This document shows positions 9,550 through 19,162 of a DNA stretch of 64,000 bases, in pieces (the stretch's first letter is position 1; every line of letters starts with the position of its first letter). The position numbers were made by a program, and so were the translations under genes. The DNA comes from Chitinophagales bacterium. GTDB lineage: Bacteria; Bacteroidota; Bacteroidia; Chitinophagales; CAIODY01. The notes beneath the pieces are model-generated. The model worked only from the letters and a program-made list of their open reading frames with translations. It was not told the DNA's origin and searched no databases. Location: NCBI GenBank assembly GCA_947452995.1, contig CANGEV010000012.1:4848-68847 (forward strand), read 5' to 3'.

Positions 9550-11874
9550 TTAAAACGTATAATCAAACCCTATTGCAGGCAATACTGGCAATTGATTGAT
9601 ACGCTTATTGGTAATACGATCGAAGTAGAACATATTCGCACGATTATAGACATTGGTAATGCTAAACACCGCTTCCAATAAGCCATTCTTACCGATATAG
9701 GTTTTCTTCTTCAAGCTGATATCCATTCGATGATAATACGGCAAACGACCTGCATTTAATTTCGCATCATACAAAATACCTAACTGTCCATTATTCGTCA
9801 AATAATTAGTGGTAAGGCCTTGCGAGAAATCAAACTTCTCGTAAAATCCTTGCGTCTTGGTAAAAGGGAAGCCACTTCCGTAGTTCCAACGTGCTCCAAA
9901 CTCCCAGGTAAGATCCTTTCCAAATTGATACGTCATCATCAAATTCACATTATTACGACGATCAAATGGCGGCCAGTAATATACCTTCGTTCCATCCGCT
10001 AGTTTCGTTCCATCATAACGCATCACATAGCCATGCCCGTAGACAATCCAAAATGAAAGTCCTTTATAATCGAGCTTACACGACAAATCCGTTCCATACG
10101 CATAACCCTTCTCAATCATAAAATTAGGATCTTGCACTTGTACCTTATTGCGGTTAATATTCACCAACTGTGTAAAGTCTTTTACATATCCTTCCACATT
10201 AAATTCTAGATACTTCTTCCAGTCGTACTCCACACCAGCAACTGCTTGCCATGCCTTTTGCAATTTACTCGTAGCAATTTGCCCTTCTGTGTTTTTCAAT
10301 TCTTCCTCCGGCCCCGACATAAACCCTGTGAATAAGTTCACGACATCACGATCCGATTTAGTACTAATCAAGTTTTGAGAATACTTACCGGCAGCAAGTT
10401 TAAAGCGCAAATTCTGTGAGTAATTATATTTCATTCCAATACGCGGCTCAATCGAAATTTCATTCAACGAAGCATAATAAGGAATTCTCAAACCAGGCTC
10501 GATAACGAATTTCTTGTTTTTAACTTTTTTGAACAAGATATACGTAGCCAATTCTGTGGTATTTTGATCTTCGCCTGATCCTACTTGTAAGCCCGTTGCT
10601 GTAAAGAAATGATAGGTTGTTTTGAAGCCATTGACTTCAAAGCCATAGTTCAAATACGCGTCATCTTCCATTCGATAGCCGAAGTCAAGTCCCGCAGAAA
10701 AACCACCAATACTAGTGGAACGTGGACGTCCATCTGCCTCACGCAAGACGAGGTTATATTTTGAATAGGCCATATTTCCTTTTACCAAGGTGGTAGAATT
10801 CGAAGGGCTTATGACAAAGTTTGCGCCGCAGCCAAAAGAGCCCCAAGCAAATTCTGCTAGCTTACGATAGTTCGCACTATCACGGAAATTGAAGGCAAAC
10901 AAATTTAATTTAGAGCCACTATTACTGTTGAAGGACAACTTACCATATAAGTCTGTAAACGTGTAAGGAAGGCCATTTCCAGTTGTATCCGCATAAGGAT
11001 AGAACATTTTAGAGGTGCGATTCAAATAGCTCGATTTGGCACTCACCAAGAATGAGGTACTAGAACCATTATCCCCTTTCATTTTTTTTAATGGTCCTTC
11101 TAAAATCACTTTACTAGTAAACGTATTCGCAGACACCTTACCGCTCAAACGTTTCTTATTACCATCGCGTGTTGTAACGTCAATAATCGCAGAAGTAGCT
11201 CCACCATAGTTAGCATTGAATGCTGCCGTCTTCACATCTGCGTTCTTGATGATATCTGTTTCAAAAACAGAAAACAATCCTAAGGAGTGAAAGGGGTTGT
11301 AGATGGTCATCCCATCGATCATGATTCGATTTTGCACAGGTGCACCACCACGAATATACAATTGCCCTCCTTGATCACCGGAGCTTACTACACCTGGAAC
11401 AACTTGAAGATATTGCGCAAGATCGGGCGAGCCACCAATACTTGGCATTGATTTTATTTGAGTGGCCGTTACCTGCATGGCGCCCACATTCACATTACTC
11501 AATTTCTCATTTTTCTTTGCAGAGATATTTACCGTGCCTGTTGTACGCACTTTTTTAGTCAAGGAAATTCGTTGCGTGAGTACTTGCCCAGCCTTGATCT
11601 CGACAGGAATGAGTGCGGTATCGTAGCCGACATAGGTGCAGAAAACAGTATAGCTACCGACAGGAATTTTCTTGATGGTATAATAACCGTTCAGATCACT
11701 CTGCTCTGCTAAGTTTGTACCTTTTAGTACAACATTAGTAAGCGCAATGGCCTCACCAGTACCTTCATCATAGACGAATCCTTTAAGATCGCCAGTACTT
11801 ATTGTTTGAGCATACAAAAAATGCCCACTGAGAAGTAGGCATATTTGTATTATCGCGAAAGATAGTTTACGCAT
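9550..11874 (-). CDS. TonB-dependent receptor with carboxypeptidase-regulatory-like N-domain
   Basis: 774 aa with a signal peptide. It has a CarboxypepD_reg-like segment (GFVYDEGTGEAIALTNVVLKGT), a plug region, and a beta-barrel tail ending GFDYTF. Confidence 0.85.
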   Translation of the reverse strand: MRKLSFAIIQICLLLSGHFLYAQTISTGDLKGFVYDEGTGEAIALTNVVLKGTNLAEQSDLNGYYTIKKIPVGSYTVFCTYVGYDTALIPVEIKAGQVLTQRISLTKKVRTTGTVNISAKKNEKLSNVNVGAMQVTATQIKSMPSIGGSPDLAQYLQVVPGVVSSGDQGGQLYIRGGAPVQNRIMIDGMTIYNPFHSLGLFSVFETDIIKNADVKTAAFNANYGGATSAIIDVTTRDGNKKRLSGKVSANTFTSKVILEGPLKKMKGDNGSSTSFLVSAKSSYLNRTSKMFYPYADTTGNGLPYTFTDLYGKLSFNSNSGSKLNLFAFNFRDSANYRKLAEFAWGSFGCGANFVISPSNSTTLVKGNMAYSKYNLVLREADGRPRSTSIGGFSAGLDFGYRMEDDAYLNYGFEVNGFKTTYHFFTATGLQVGSGEDQNTTELATYILFKKVKNKKFVIEPGLRIPYYASLNEISIEPRIGMKYNYSQNLRFKLAAGKYSQNLISTKSDRDVVNLFTGFMSGPEEELKNTEGQIATSKLQKAWQAVAGVEYDWKKYLEFNVEGYVKDFTQLVNINRNKVQVQDPNFMIEKGYAYGTDLSCKLDYKGLSFWIVYGHGYVMRYDGTKLADGTKVYYWPPFDRRNNVNLMMTYQFGKDLTWEFGARWNYGSGFPFTKTQGFYEKFDFSQGLTTNYLTNNGQLGILYDAKLNAGRLPYYHRMDISLKKKTYIGKNGLLEAVFSITNVYNRANMFYFDRITNKRINQLPVLPAIGFDYTF

Positions 11875-11909
11875 AACAGGGTTTTGGTTCTTTTTCGTTA
11901 GCCAGGTCC

Positions 11910-13121
11910 TTAGCTAACTGCTTGTTTTACCAAGGCAGCTGCTTCTTCCAAACGGATAGCAGACTGTACTTTTAATCCAGAAGCTTCAATTAATTCTTTG
12001 GCTGCTTCAGCATTCGTTCCTTGCAAACGAACGATGATAGGTATATTGATCGTGCCGATAGACTTATACGCATCTACTACACCTTGCGCTACACGGTCGC
12101 AACGCACGATACCACCGAAGATATTTACCAAGATAGCTTTTACGTTAGGATCTTTCATAATGATACGGAAACCTGCTTCTACCGTAGTAGCATTCGCAGT
12201 ACCGCCCACATCTAAGAAGTTAGCAGGTTCACCACCACTTAATTTAATCATATCCATGGTAGCCATCGCCAAACCAGCACCGTTAACCATACAACCAACA
12301 TTACCATCTAATTTAACGAAGTTCAGATTGTATTCTCCTGCTTCTACTTCAGTAGGATCTTCTTCCGTCACATCACGCATCTCTACTAAGTCAGGATGAC
12401 GCACCAAGGCGTTATCATCCAAATTCATTTTACAGTCAACTGCGATGATTTTTTCATCAGAAGTTTTGAAAAGCGGGTTGATTTCCAACATAGAGCAATC
12501 TAAACCAACATAAGCGTTATACAAACGTGTTACGAAAGCAACCATATTTTTGAAAGCATCACCACTCAAACCGAAGTTGAAAGCGATCTTACGCGCTTGG
12601 AAAGGAGCTAAGGTAGCATTAGGTTGTACCCACTCTTTGAAGATTTTTTCTGGCGTATTGTGCGCAACTTCTTCAATATCCATACCACCTTCGGTAGAAT
12701 ACATGATTACGTTTTGTCCTTTAGCACGATCCAAAAGAATGGATAGATAGAATTCTTTTGTTGGGTTTGGTCCGTCATAATAAACGTCTTGCGCCACCAA
12801 AATTTTATTAACCACTTTACCAGCAGCACCTGTTTGGATAGTAACCAAGGTACCACCTAAAAGGTTTGTGGCAACTGTTTTTGCATCATCTGCAGACTTA
12901 ACCACTTGCACACCACGTTGTTCAGTACCTTGTACTTTACCCTTTCCTCGGCCTCCCGCATGAATTTGAGCTTTGATTACAGCGAACTTAGAATTCGTTG
13001 CAGTAGCAATAGAGTTGTAAGCGGCAATCGCTTCATCAACGGAAGAACATGCAATACCTTCCTGCGTAGGAACTTGGTATTTGTTCAATAAGGTTTTCGC
13101 TTGGTATTCGTGCAGATTCAT
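11910..13121 (-). CDS. sucC: succinate--CoA ligase (ADP-forming) beta subunit
   Basis: 403 aa. It has the canonical N-terminus MNLHEYQAKTLL, an ATP-grasp region, and the C-terminal ligase-CoA domain motif (NIFGGIVRCD). Confidence 0.9.
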   Translation of the reverse strand: MNLHEYQAKTLLNKYQVPTQEGIACSSVDEAIAAYNSIATATNSKFAVIKAQIHAGGRGKGKVQGTEQRGVQVVKSADDAKTVATNLLGGTLVTIQTGAAGKVVNKILVAQDVYYDGPNPTKEFYLSILLDRAKGQNVIMYSTEGGMDIEEVAHNTPEKIFKEWVQPNATLAPFQARKIAFNFGLSGDAFKNMVAFVTRLYNAYVGLDCSMLEINPLFKTSDEKIIAVDCKMNLDDNALVRHPDLVEMRDVTEEDPTEVEAGEYNLNFVKLDGNVGCMVNGAGLAMATMDMIKLSGGEPANFLDVGGTANATTVEAGFRIIMKDPNVKAILVNIFGGIVRCDRVAQGVVDAYKSIGTINIPIIVRLQGTNAEAAKELIEASGLKVQSAIRLEEAAALVKQAVS

Positions 13122-13467
13122 AATGAATAAAATTAGAGGCCCAAACTTACAGCTATTCCGCTAAAATCCCAAGTACAATATGCATTTTATCGGTAAGAAT
13201 TAATTAACGTGTGGATAAAGTAGGATTTACACTTGAAAGCGAGATTTGCCCTAGAAAATCAAACAAAATGGAATTCTATTTCGGTGGCCCTAAAAGCAAT
13301 ACTTGGAACGATTCTACGAAATTCGAATCTCACCTTCAAAAAATGGAGCGTTCGTTTCAAAGCAGGCCCTATTTCACCACGATTCTAATCATTGCAGGCT
13401 TCTTACTGACAAGCCTTCTTTTTATAGCGCTATAAGCTGATTCGCTGAAAAAGCGTACTTTAGCGAC

Positions 13468-14730
13468 ATGATTTGGATAATTATCATCACCATTCTTTGT
13501 GTCGCTTTCTTTGCTGGCTATGAAATAGCCTTTGTAAGCTCTAATAAGCTACGTATTGAGTTGGAACGCTCTCAAAACAAACTTTCCGCTCGCATTTTAA
13601 GCAAGTTCCTAAAAAATCCTTCCCACTTCATAGGTACTATACTCATAGGGAACAATATCGCTCTTATTGTTTATGAGATTTATATGTCGAAGTTGATCGA
13701 TCCAAAGCTTACCACTTGGATTTATGGGGACAAACACCCGAATGAACTTGTTATTTTACTCTTTTCCTCTTTAATCGCTACCCTGCTGATTTTGGTATTA
13801 GGTGAATTTATTCCAAAAGCCCTTTTTAGAATCAACCCAAACTCTTGGTTAAATATTTTGGCCATCCCCTTTCAAATGGTCTATTGGTGCATCTCTCCAC
13901 TAGCGATCTTTTTTGCATGGTTAGCAAAAAAACTATTGAACGTATTCATTAAAGGTGGCATCGAAGAAAAAAAACCAGTATTCAGTCGGCACGACCTTGA
14001 ACATTTCGTAAAGCAAACTCAACCGCAAGAGACGCATCACCAAGAAATCAATACGGAGATTTTTGAGAACGCACTTTATCTGACGGAAGTGAAGGTGCGT
14101 GAATGTATGATTCCCCGCACAGAAATTGTGATGATTGATGTCAACGCGAACATTGAAGAAATGCGTTCAATGTTTATTCAAACGAAATTATCTCGCCTAA
14201 TTGTCATTGATGACGAAGCGGACAATGTACTAGGGTACGTTCATCATCAAGATTTACTGCTAGTGCCGCAAAGTATTAAAAGCATTATCAAGCCTATCCC
14301 TGCCATTCCTGAATCTATGATGGCAGTTGACCTAATGAATCTCTTCATGCGTGAAAGAAAAAGTATTGCTTGGGTAGTGGATGAACATGGAGGTACGGCA
14401 GGACTAGTAACCATGGAAGATGTGCTGGAAGAGATTTTTGGTGAGATCCACGATGAATTCGACGCGGCTCATGAATTGGTCGACCAGCAGCTTGCGACAC
14501 ATGAGTATTTGTTTAGCGGTCGAATAGAAATCGATTTTATCAATGATAAATATGATTTAAATATTCCAACAGGGGAATACGAAACGTTTTCAGGATATGT
14601 GTTACATCATCATGAAAGTATTCCGACGGTAGGTGAAGTGCTCAATCTGGATCAGTTTGAAATAACGATTATAGCAGGCTCCACCACAAAAATTGATACC
14701 ATTAAATTGAAAGTAATACAGGACGTATAA
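13468..14730 (+). CDS. CNNM/DUF21 + CBS-pair + CorC_HlyC 'hemolysin-family' membrane protein (CorC/GldE-like)
   Basis: 420 aa. An N-terminal multi-TM DUF21 region is followed by CBS-like segments (VRECMIPRTEIV, GYVHHQDLL) and a C-terminal transporter-associated domain. Confidence 0.8.
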   Translation: MIWIIIITILCVAFFAGYEIAFVSSNKLRIELERSQNKLSARILSKFLKNPSHFIGTILIGNNIALIVYEIYMSKLIDPKLTTWIYGDKHPNELVILLFSSLIATLLILVLGEFIPKALFRINPNSWLNILAIPFQMVYWCISPLAIFFAWLAKKLLNVFIKGGIEEKKPVFSRHDLEHFVKQTQPQETHHQEINTEIFENALYLTEVKVRECMIPRTEIVMIDVNANIEEMRSMFIQTKLSRLIVIDDEADNVLGYVHHQDLLLVPQSIKSIIKPIPAIPESMMAVDLMNLFMRERKSIAWVVDEHGGTAGLVTMEDVLEEIFGEIHDEFDAAHELVDQQLATHEYLFSGRIEIDFINDKYDLNIPTGEYETFSGYVLHHHESIPTVGEVLNLDQFEITIIAGSTTKIDTIKLKVIQDV

Positions 14731-14732
14731 TT

Positions 14733-15293
14733 ATGAATTACCTGATTGTAGGCTTAGGCAATATCGGCTCCGAATACGAAAAAACACGTCACAATATTGG
14801 CTTCGATGTGGTACAAGCTTTGGCGAATGAGAACAAAGTACGTTTCGAAATAGATCGTCTAGCTTATTATACCCATTTCAAACATAAAGGCAGAAACTTT
14901 CACATGATTATGCCAACTACTTATATGAACCTAAGTGGTAAAGCAGTAAAATATTGGATGCAGCAACTGAAAATTGAAAAAGATAATATCCTTGTTGTTT
15001 TGGATGATCTGTCCCTTCCAGTAGGCTGTTTGCGCATGAAGGCCAAAGGTTCCGATGCAGGACATAATGGCCTAAAGAACATCGACCTTGAAACGGGAGG
15101 CAACAATTACCCTCGTCTTAAATTTGGTATCGGCAATAGCTTTTCAAAAGGCAGGCAAGCGGATTATGTATTGGGGAAATTCAAGCCTGAAGAAATCACG
15201 GCTATCGAACCAAAGTTGAAGAAGGCCATGGAAATGGTGCTTGCGTTTGGTACGATCGGTTTAGAACGTACCATGAACCTTTATAATGAATAA
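14733..15293 (+). CDS. pth: peptidyl-tRNA hydrolase
   Basis: 186 aa. Canonical LIVGLGNIGSEYEKTRHNIGF N-terminus and a DAGHNGLK motif. Confidence 0.9.
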   Translation: MNYLIVGLGNIGSEYEKTRHNIGFDVVQALANENKVRFEIDRLAYYTHFKHKGRNFHMIMPTTYMNLSGKAVKYWMQQLKIEKDNILVVLDDLSLPVGCLRMKAKGSDAGHNGLKNIDLETGGNNYPRLKFGIGNSFSKGRQADYVLGKFKPEEITAIEPKLKKAMEMVLAFGTIGLERTMNLYNE

Positions 15294-16161
15294 GTCGAAG
15301 CACTATATAGCGCTATTCATCGGCACTTGGTGCATTGGCTGGTCGGCGATATTTGTAAAAATGACGGGATTACCAGGCGTTTTATCCGCCTATTATCGCG
15401 TAGCCATCGCACTTGCAATACTTTTACCCGTTTGGATAATAAGGCAATTAGCCTATCCTGAAAAAAGAGTCTCACTGTTCAACAAACAAATTTTATTAGC
15501 CCTTATAGGAGGAGTTTTCTTTGGGCTCGACCTTACATTTTGGAACACCGCCATCATGAAAGGTTCTGCCTCCATCGCAACTGTACTAGCCAACTTTGCA
15601 CCTATCTGGGTAGCGCTTGGTGCTTGGCTTCTATGGAAAAACAAGCCTTCCAAAAGAGTTTGGATAGGCACGGCTACTGCGATGACTGGTATTTTCTGCA
15701 TTCTCGATTTCAAACAGCTACAACAAGCACAGATTTCATGGGCAGATACACTAGCCTTGGTGGCCTCCTTTTTCTATGCGATTTATTTACTTACCACACA
15801 GGAGGTCCGCAAGAAATTAGACACTTTTAGTTTCATGACCTTTGCCACGCTCGGCAGCACGTTAATGTTGGCTATTTCAGCTTATAGCGCGGGCATTTCA
15901 TTAGCAATACCACCAAGTACTACCTGGCCGGCATTAATTGGCTTGGGCCTTATCACTCATGTGATTGGATGGATGGCAATCAACTATGCATTAGGCTTTA
16001 TACCAAGTACAATCGCCTCCGTGAGCTTACTAAGTCAGGCTGTTTGGACCGCAATCTTCGGATACTTTGTTTTGTCAGAACATCTTCCATTTCATCAATG
16101 GATTGGTGGAGGAATCGTACTTTTAGGCATTTGGTTAGTGAATAGTAAAAAGGAAAAGTAA
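15286..16161 (+). CDS. EamA/DMT-family transporter
   Basis: 291 aa with about 10 hydrophobic helices in two EamA-like halves. It overlaps the pth stop by 8 nt. Confidence 0.75.
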   Translation: MNKSKHYIALFIGTWCIGWSAIFVKMTGLPGVLSAYYRVAIALAILLPVWIIRQLAYPEKRVSLFNKQILLALIGGVFFGLDLTFWNTAIMKGSASIATVLANFAPIWVALGAWLLWKNKPSKRVWIGTATAMTGIFCILDFKQLQQAQISWADTLALVASFFYAIYLLTTQEVRKKLDTFSFMTFATLGSTLMLAISAYSAGISLAIPPSTTWPALIGLGLITHVIGWMAINYALGFIPSTIASVSLLSQAVWTAIFGYFVLSEHLPFHQWIGGGIVLLGIWLVNSKKEK

Positions 16162-16199
16162 ATTTCAGAACCAAATCTTCATTCCGTTGTTTAGATGGT

Positions 16200-16706
16200 A
16201 TGAAGTACAATATTTTACTTTTAACTTATTTCAGTCTGCTATTGATGGGATGTGATTCCCCGCAAAATATTCAAGTAAATCAACAAAGCAATACGCCAAA
16301 AACGATGAACAACGATACTTTTTCAATAAAACTTAGCGAACAAGAATGGCAAGAACGACTTACGCCAGAACAATATTATGTCTTACGTCAAAGTGGCACA
16401 GAACGTCCTTTCACAGGCAAGTATACGCTTCACTTTGAAAAAGGGACCTATGTTTGCGCAGGTTGTGGCACAGCATTATTTGCGGACAGTATGAAATTTG
16501 AATCACATTGTGGTTGGCCGAGCTTCGACAATGAAATTGCGGGCGGAAAAATCATCAAACGTGAAGATAACAGCCATGGGATGCGTCGCATTGAAATTAT
16601 CTGCGCCACATGTGGTGGGCATCTAGGACATTTATTTGATGATGGACCTACAGCTAGCGGACTCCGTTATTGTGTGAATTCAGCGGCTATAGAATTCAAG
16701 CATTAA
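16200..16706 (+). CDS. msrB: peptide-methionine (R)-S-oxide reductase, lipoprotein-type leader
   Basis: SelR-domain motifs CAGCGTALF, CGWPSF, CATCGGHLGH and GLRYCVNS. The N-terminus LLLMGCDS resembles a lipobox. Confidence 0.85.
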   Translation: MKYNILLLTYFSLLLMGCDSPQNIQVNQQSNTPKTMNNDTFSIKLSEQEWQERLTPEQYYVLRQSGTERPFTGKYTLHFEKGTYVCAGCGTALFADSMKFESHCGWPSFDNEIAGGKIIKREDNSHGMRRIEIICATCGGHLGHLFDDGPTASGLRYCVNSAAIEFKH

Positions 16707-18061
16707 TCGCGACGAAGACTATATTTCTCGATTTTATTGTACAGATGACTACGTTGAATATCAATTTCGTCAGCCGTCTTCGTTACATTCCAACCGTTCT
16801 TCTGTAGTTTAAACTCGATGAAAACACGTTCCATAAAGTCTTTAAACTCTTGGAACTTATCATATTTTTCAAAGATATCTTCAAGCGTATTCGCTTTCGA
16901 TTTATTCCCTACCACATAATTTTGAACTTCTGTTTCTGTTATTTTTTGTTCACTTAAAATAACTAAACGTTCAATTACATTATGTAATTCACGAATATTT
17001 CCACTCCATTGAATTTGTTGTAATTCAGCCATGGCTTTTGGCGTAATAATTTTACGCGTAATGCCATAATCTTCGCAGATCTCATGCACAAAGCGCTCAG
17101 CAATCATTGGGATATCTTCTGCACGCTCGTTCAAACTTGGTACATGCATCAAGATAACACTCAAGCGATGATATAAGTCGATTCGGAAATTATTATTATC
17201 GATCTCTCGATTTAAATCTTTATTCGTAGCAGCGATAACACGTACATCAACGCTGATGTCTTTGTCGCCGCCTACACGAGTAATTTTATTTTCTTGCAGA
17301 GCACGCAAAACTTTTGCTTGCGCAGCTAGGCTCATGTCGCCTATTTCATCAAGGAATAGTGTGCCGCCGTTCGCTTGTTCAAACTTTCCTATTCTTTGTT
17401 TGATAGCTGAAGTAAACGCTCCTTTTTCATGACCGAATAACTCGCTTTCAATTAATTCAGAAGGAATGGCTGCGCAGTTCACTTCAATTAATGGTCCGTT
17501 TGCGCGATGACTTTTTTCATGGATCCAACGAGCTACTAATTCTTTACCTGTACCATTTTCACCAGTTATCAAGATGCGTGCATCGGTCGCAGCAACTTTA
17601 TCAATGGTATCTTTAATTTTTTTAATAGCAGGCGAATCACCGACGATTTCACGGTTCTTAGTCACTTTACGCTTCAACACTTTTGTTTGTGTTACCAAAC
17701 TTTGTTTGTCGAGTGCGTTGCGTAATGAAATTAATAAACGATTTAAATCTGGTGGTTTGCTGATATAATCGTAGGCTCCTTTTTTAACAGCTTCTACAGC
17801 TGTTTCAACGGTACCATGCCCGCTAATCATAATAAAAGGGACGTCAGCATTTGACGCGAGTGCTGTTTCAAGTACTTCCATGCCGTCAAATTTTGGCATT
17901 TTGATATCGCACAAGACTAGATCATAGGCATTCTCTTTAATTTTCTCAATAGCCTCAGCGCCATCGGCAGCTTCATCGACCGTATATTTTTCGTATTCGA
18001 GTATTTCACGGAGCGATTTGCGGATAGCTTTTTCATCATCCACAATAAGGATATGAGGCAT
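16703..18061 (-). CDS. sigma-54-dependent response regulator (NtrC/Fis family enhancer-binding protein)
   Basis: Receiver domain (ILIVDDE...DLVLCDIKMP). AAA+ domain with Walker A GENGTGKE and the ESELFGHEKGAFTSA (GAFTGA-type) loop. C-terminal HTH. Confidence 0.85.
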   Translation of the reverse strand: MPHILIVDDEKAIRKSLREILEYEKYTVDEAADGAEAIEKIKENAYDLVLCDIKMPKFDGMEVLETALASNADVPFIMISGHGTVETAVEAVKKGAYDYISKPPDLNRLLISLRNALDKQSLVTQTKVLKRKVTKNREIVGDSPAIKKIKDTIDKVAATDARILITGENGTGKELVARWIHEKSHRANGPLIEVNCAAIPSELIESELFGHEKGAFTSAIKQRIGKFEQANGGTLFLDEIGDMSLAAQAKVLRALQENKITRVGGDKDISVDVRVIAATNKDLNREIDNNNFRIDLYHRLSVILMHVPSLNERAEDIPMIAERFVHEICEDYGITRKIITPKAMAELQQIQWSGNIRELHNVIERLVILSEQKITETEVQNYVVGNKSKANTLEDIFEKYDKFQEFKDFMERVFIEFKLQKNGWNVTKTADEIDIQRSHLYNKIEKYSLRRD

Positions 18062-18208
18062 TGTATACTGATTTTTAAAGGTTAAGCGAAGATGCCATTT
18101 TTTTTTTACACTTCTAAAGGTTTTTAGGTGAAAAAGGACGGCCTATGATAAAATAGCAAAAAGCAGTCCAAAAAAAATTAATTAACTTTAGGCATAAAAC
18201 TATTTTTT

Positions 18209-18670
18209 ATGGCATTGGTAGATTCAATCAACGGAGCAATTAAAGAAGCGATGTTAGCAAAACAAGAAGGACGTTTACGTGGCTTAAGAGCCATTAAAGG
18301 TGCGATTCTTTTAGCTATGACAGAAAAGGGTGCGAGCGACTCCTTGACAGAAGAGAAAGAAATTCAAGTTTTAAGTAAATTGGCAAAGCAGCGCAAAGAG
18401 TCTTTGGAAATTTTCGTCAAAGAAAATCGCCCAGAATTAGCACAAAAAGAGCAAGAGGAGTTGGATGTTATTGAAGCATATTTGCCGAAGCAAATGTCGG
18501 CTGACGAAATCACAGAAGCTGTTAAAGGATTTATTGAACAAGTGGGGGCCAAATCACCGGCAGATATGGGTAAAGTAATGGGCGTGGCTTCGAAAGCGCT
18601 AGCAGGAAAAGCAGATGGCAAAACCGTCTCTGAAACTGTAAAATCACTTTTAGCACAAATGGCTGGTTAA
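18209..18670 (+). CDS. GatB/YqeY domain-containing protein
   Basis: 153 aa with a family-typical N-terminus (INGAIKEAMLAKQEGRLRGLRAIKGAIL) and a helical K/E-rich body. Confidence 0.75.
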   Translation: MALVDSINGAIKEAMLAKQEGRLRGLRAIKGAILLAMTEKGASDSLTEEKEIQVLSKLAKQRKESLEIFVKENRPELAQKEQEELDVIEAYLPKQMSADEITEAVKGFIEQVGAKSPADMGKVMGVASKALAGKADGKTVSETVKSLLAQMAG

Positions 18671-18673
18671 TTT

Positions 18674-19162
18674 ATGTGGCTCGATATCCTTTCTATCCTG
18701 TTTATCGTCTATGGATTCATACGTGGATTCAGTAAAGGATTAGTGATGTCAGTTATATCTTTGGTGGCCTATATTTTAGGTGTGATGTTGACGATACGTT
18801 TCTCACATCAAGTTACTAATCTCTTAGGCTGGCAAGAAAAAGCATGGGCACCGATAGCGGTATTTTTATTGTTATTCATCGCCATTTTTATTGTTTTCAA
18901 AATAGTAGGAAAGCTTATTGAAGGGCTTTTGCAGGCTATCGCACTGAGCTTCGTCAACAAGCTTCTAGGCGGAATAATCGGTGCTACCATAGCGTTGATT
19001 ATTATGAGCGGGATTGTTTGGTTGTTAGAATTCGGTCACTTAATTAATGAAACGACCATTGCCAAATCGAAGGTTTATAAAATTGAACGAAAGGTGGGCC
19101 GAATCGTAAGTATGATGAAGGTGGAAGAATATAAAAACGCGATCAACTATAATAATCACTGA
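18674..19162 (+). CDS. CvpA-family membrane protein
   Basis: 162 aa with 4 TM helices and a typical start (WLDILSILFIVYGFIRGFSKGLV). Confidence 0.7.
   Translation: MWLDILSILFIVYGFIRGFSKGLVMSVISLVAYILGVMLTIRFSHQVTNLLGWQEKAWAPIAVFLLLFIAIFIVFKIVGKLIEGLLQAIALSFVNKLLGGIIGATIALIIMSGIVWLLEFGHLINETTIAKSKVYKIERKVGRIVSMMKVEEYKNAINYNNH

Noticed and set aside
9466-9681. 71-aa ORF spanning the junction of the convergent CotH and TonB-receptor genes
   Set aside because: It overlaps the 3' ends of two well-supported genes, and no independent evidence supports it.
11998-12399. 133-aa ORF antisense to sucC, and other antisense ORFs in housekeeping genes (e.g. 977..1183, 26744..27058, 31881..32231, 41945..42304)
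   Set aside because: Each lies within a strongly supported CDS on the other strand and shows biased composition with no motifs.
13210-13218. Perfect DnaA-box 9-mer TGTGGATAA, plus two imperfect boxes at 31126-31145 next to parA (CGTGGATAG, TGGGGATAA): possible oriC?
   Set aside because: A single perfect 9-mer is expected by chance about 0.5 times in 64 kb on both strands. There is no cluster of boxes, no adjacent AT-rich unwinding element pattern, and no dnaA or dnaN gene in the window. In Bacteroidota, parAB proximity alone does not define oriC.
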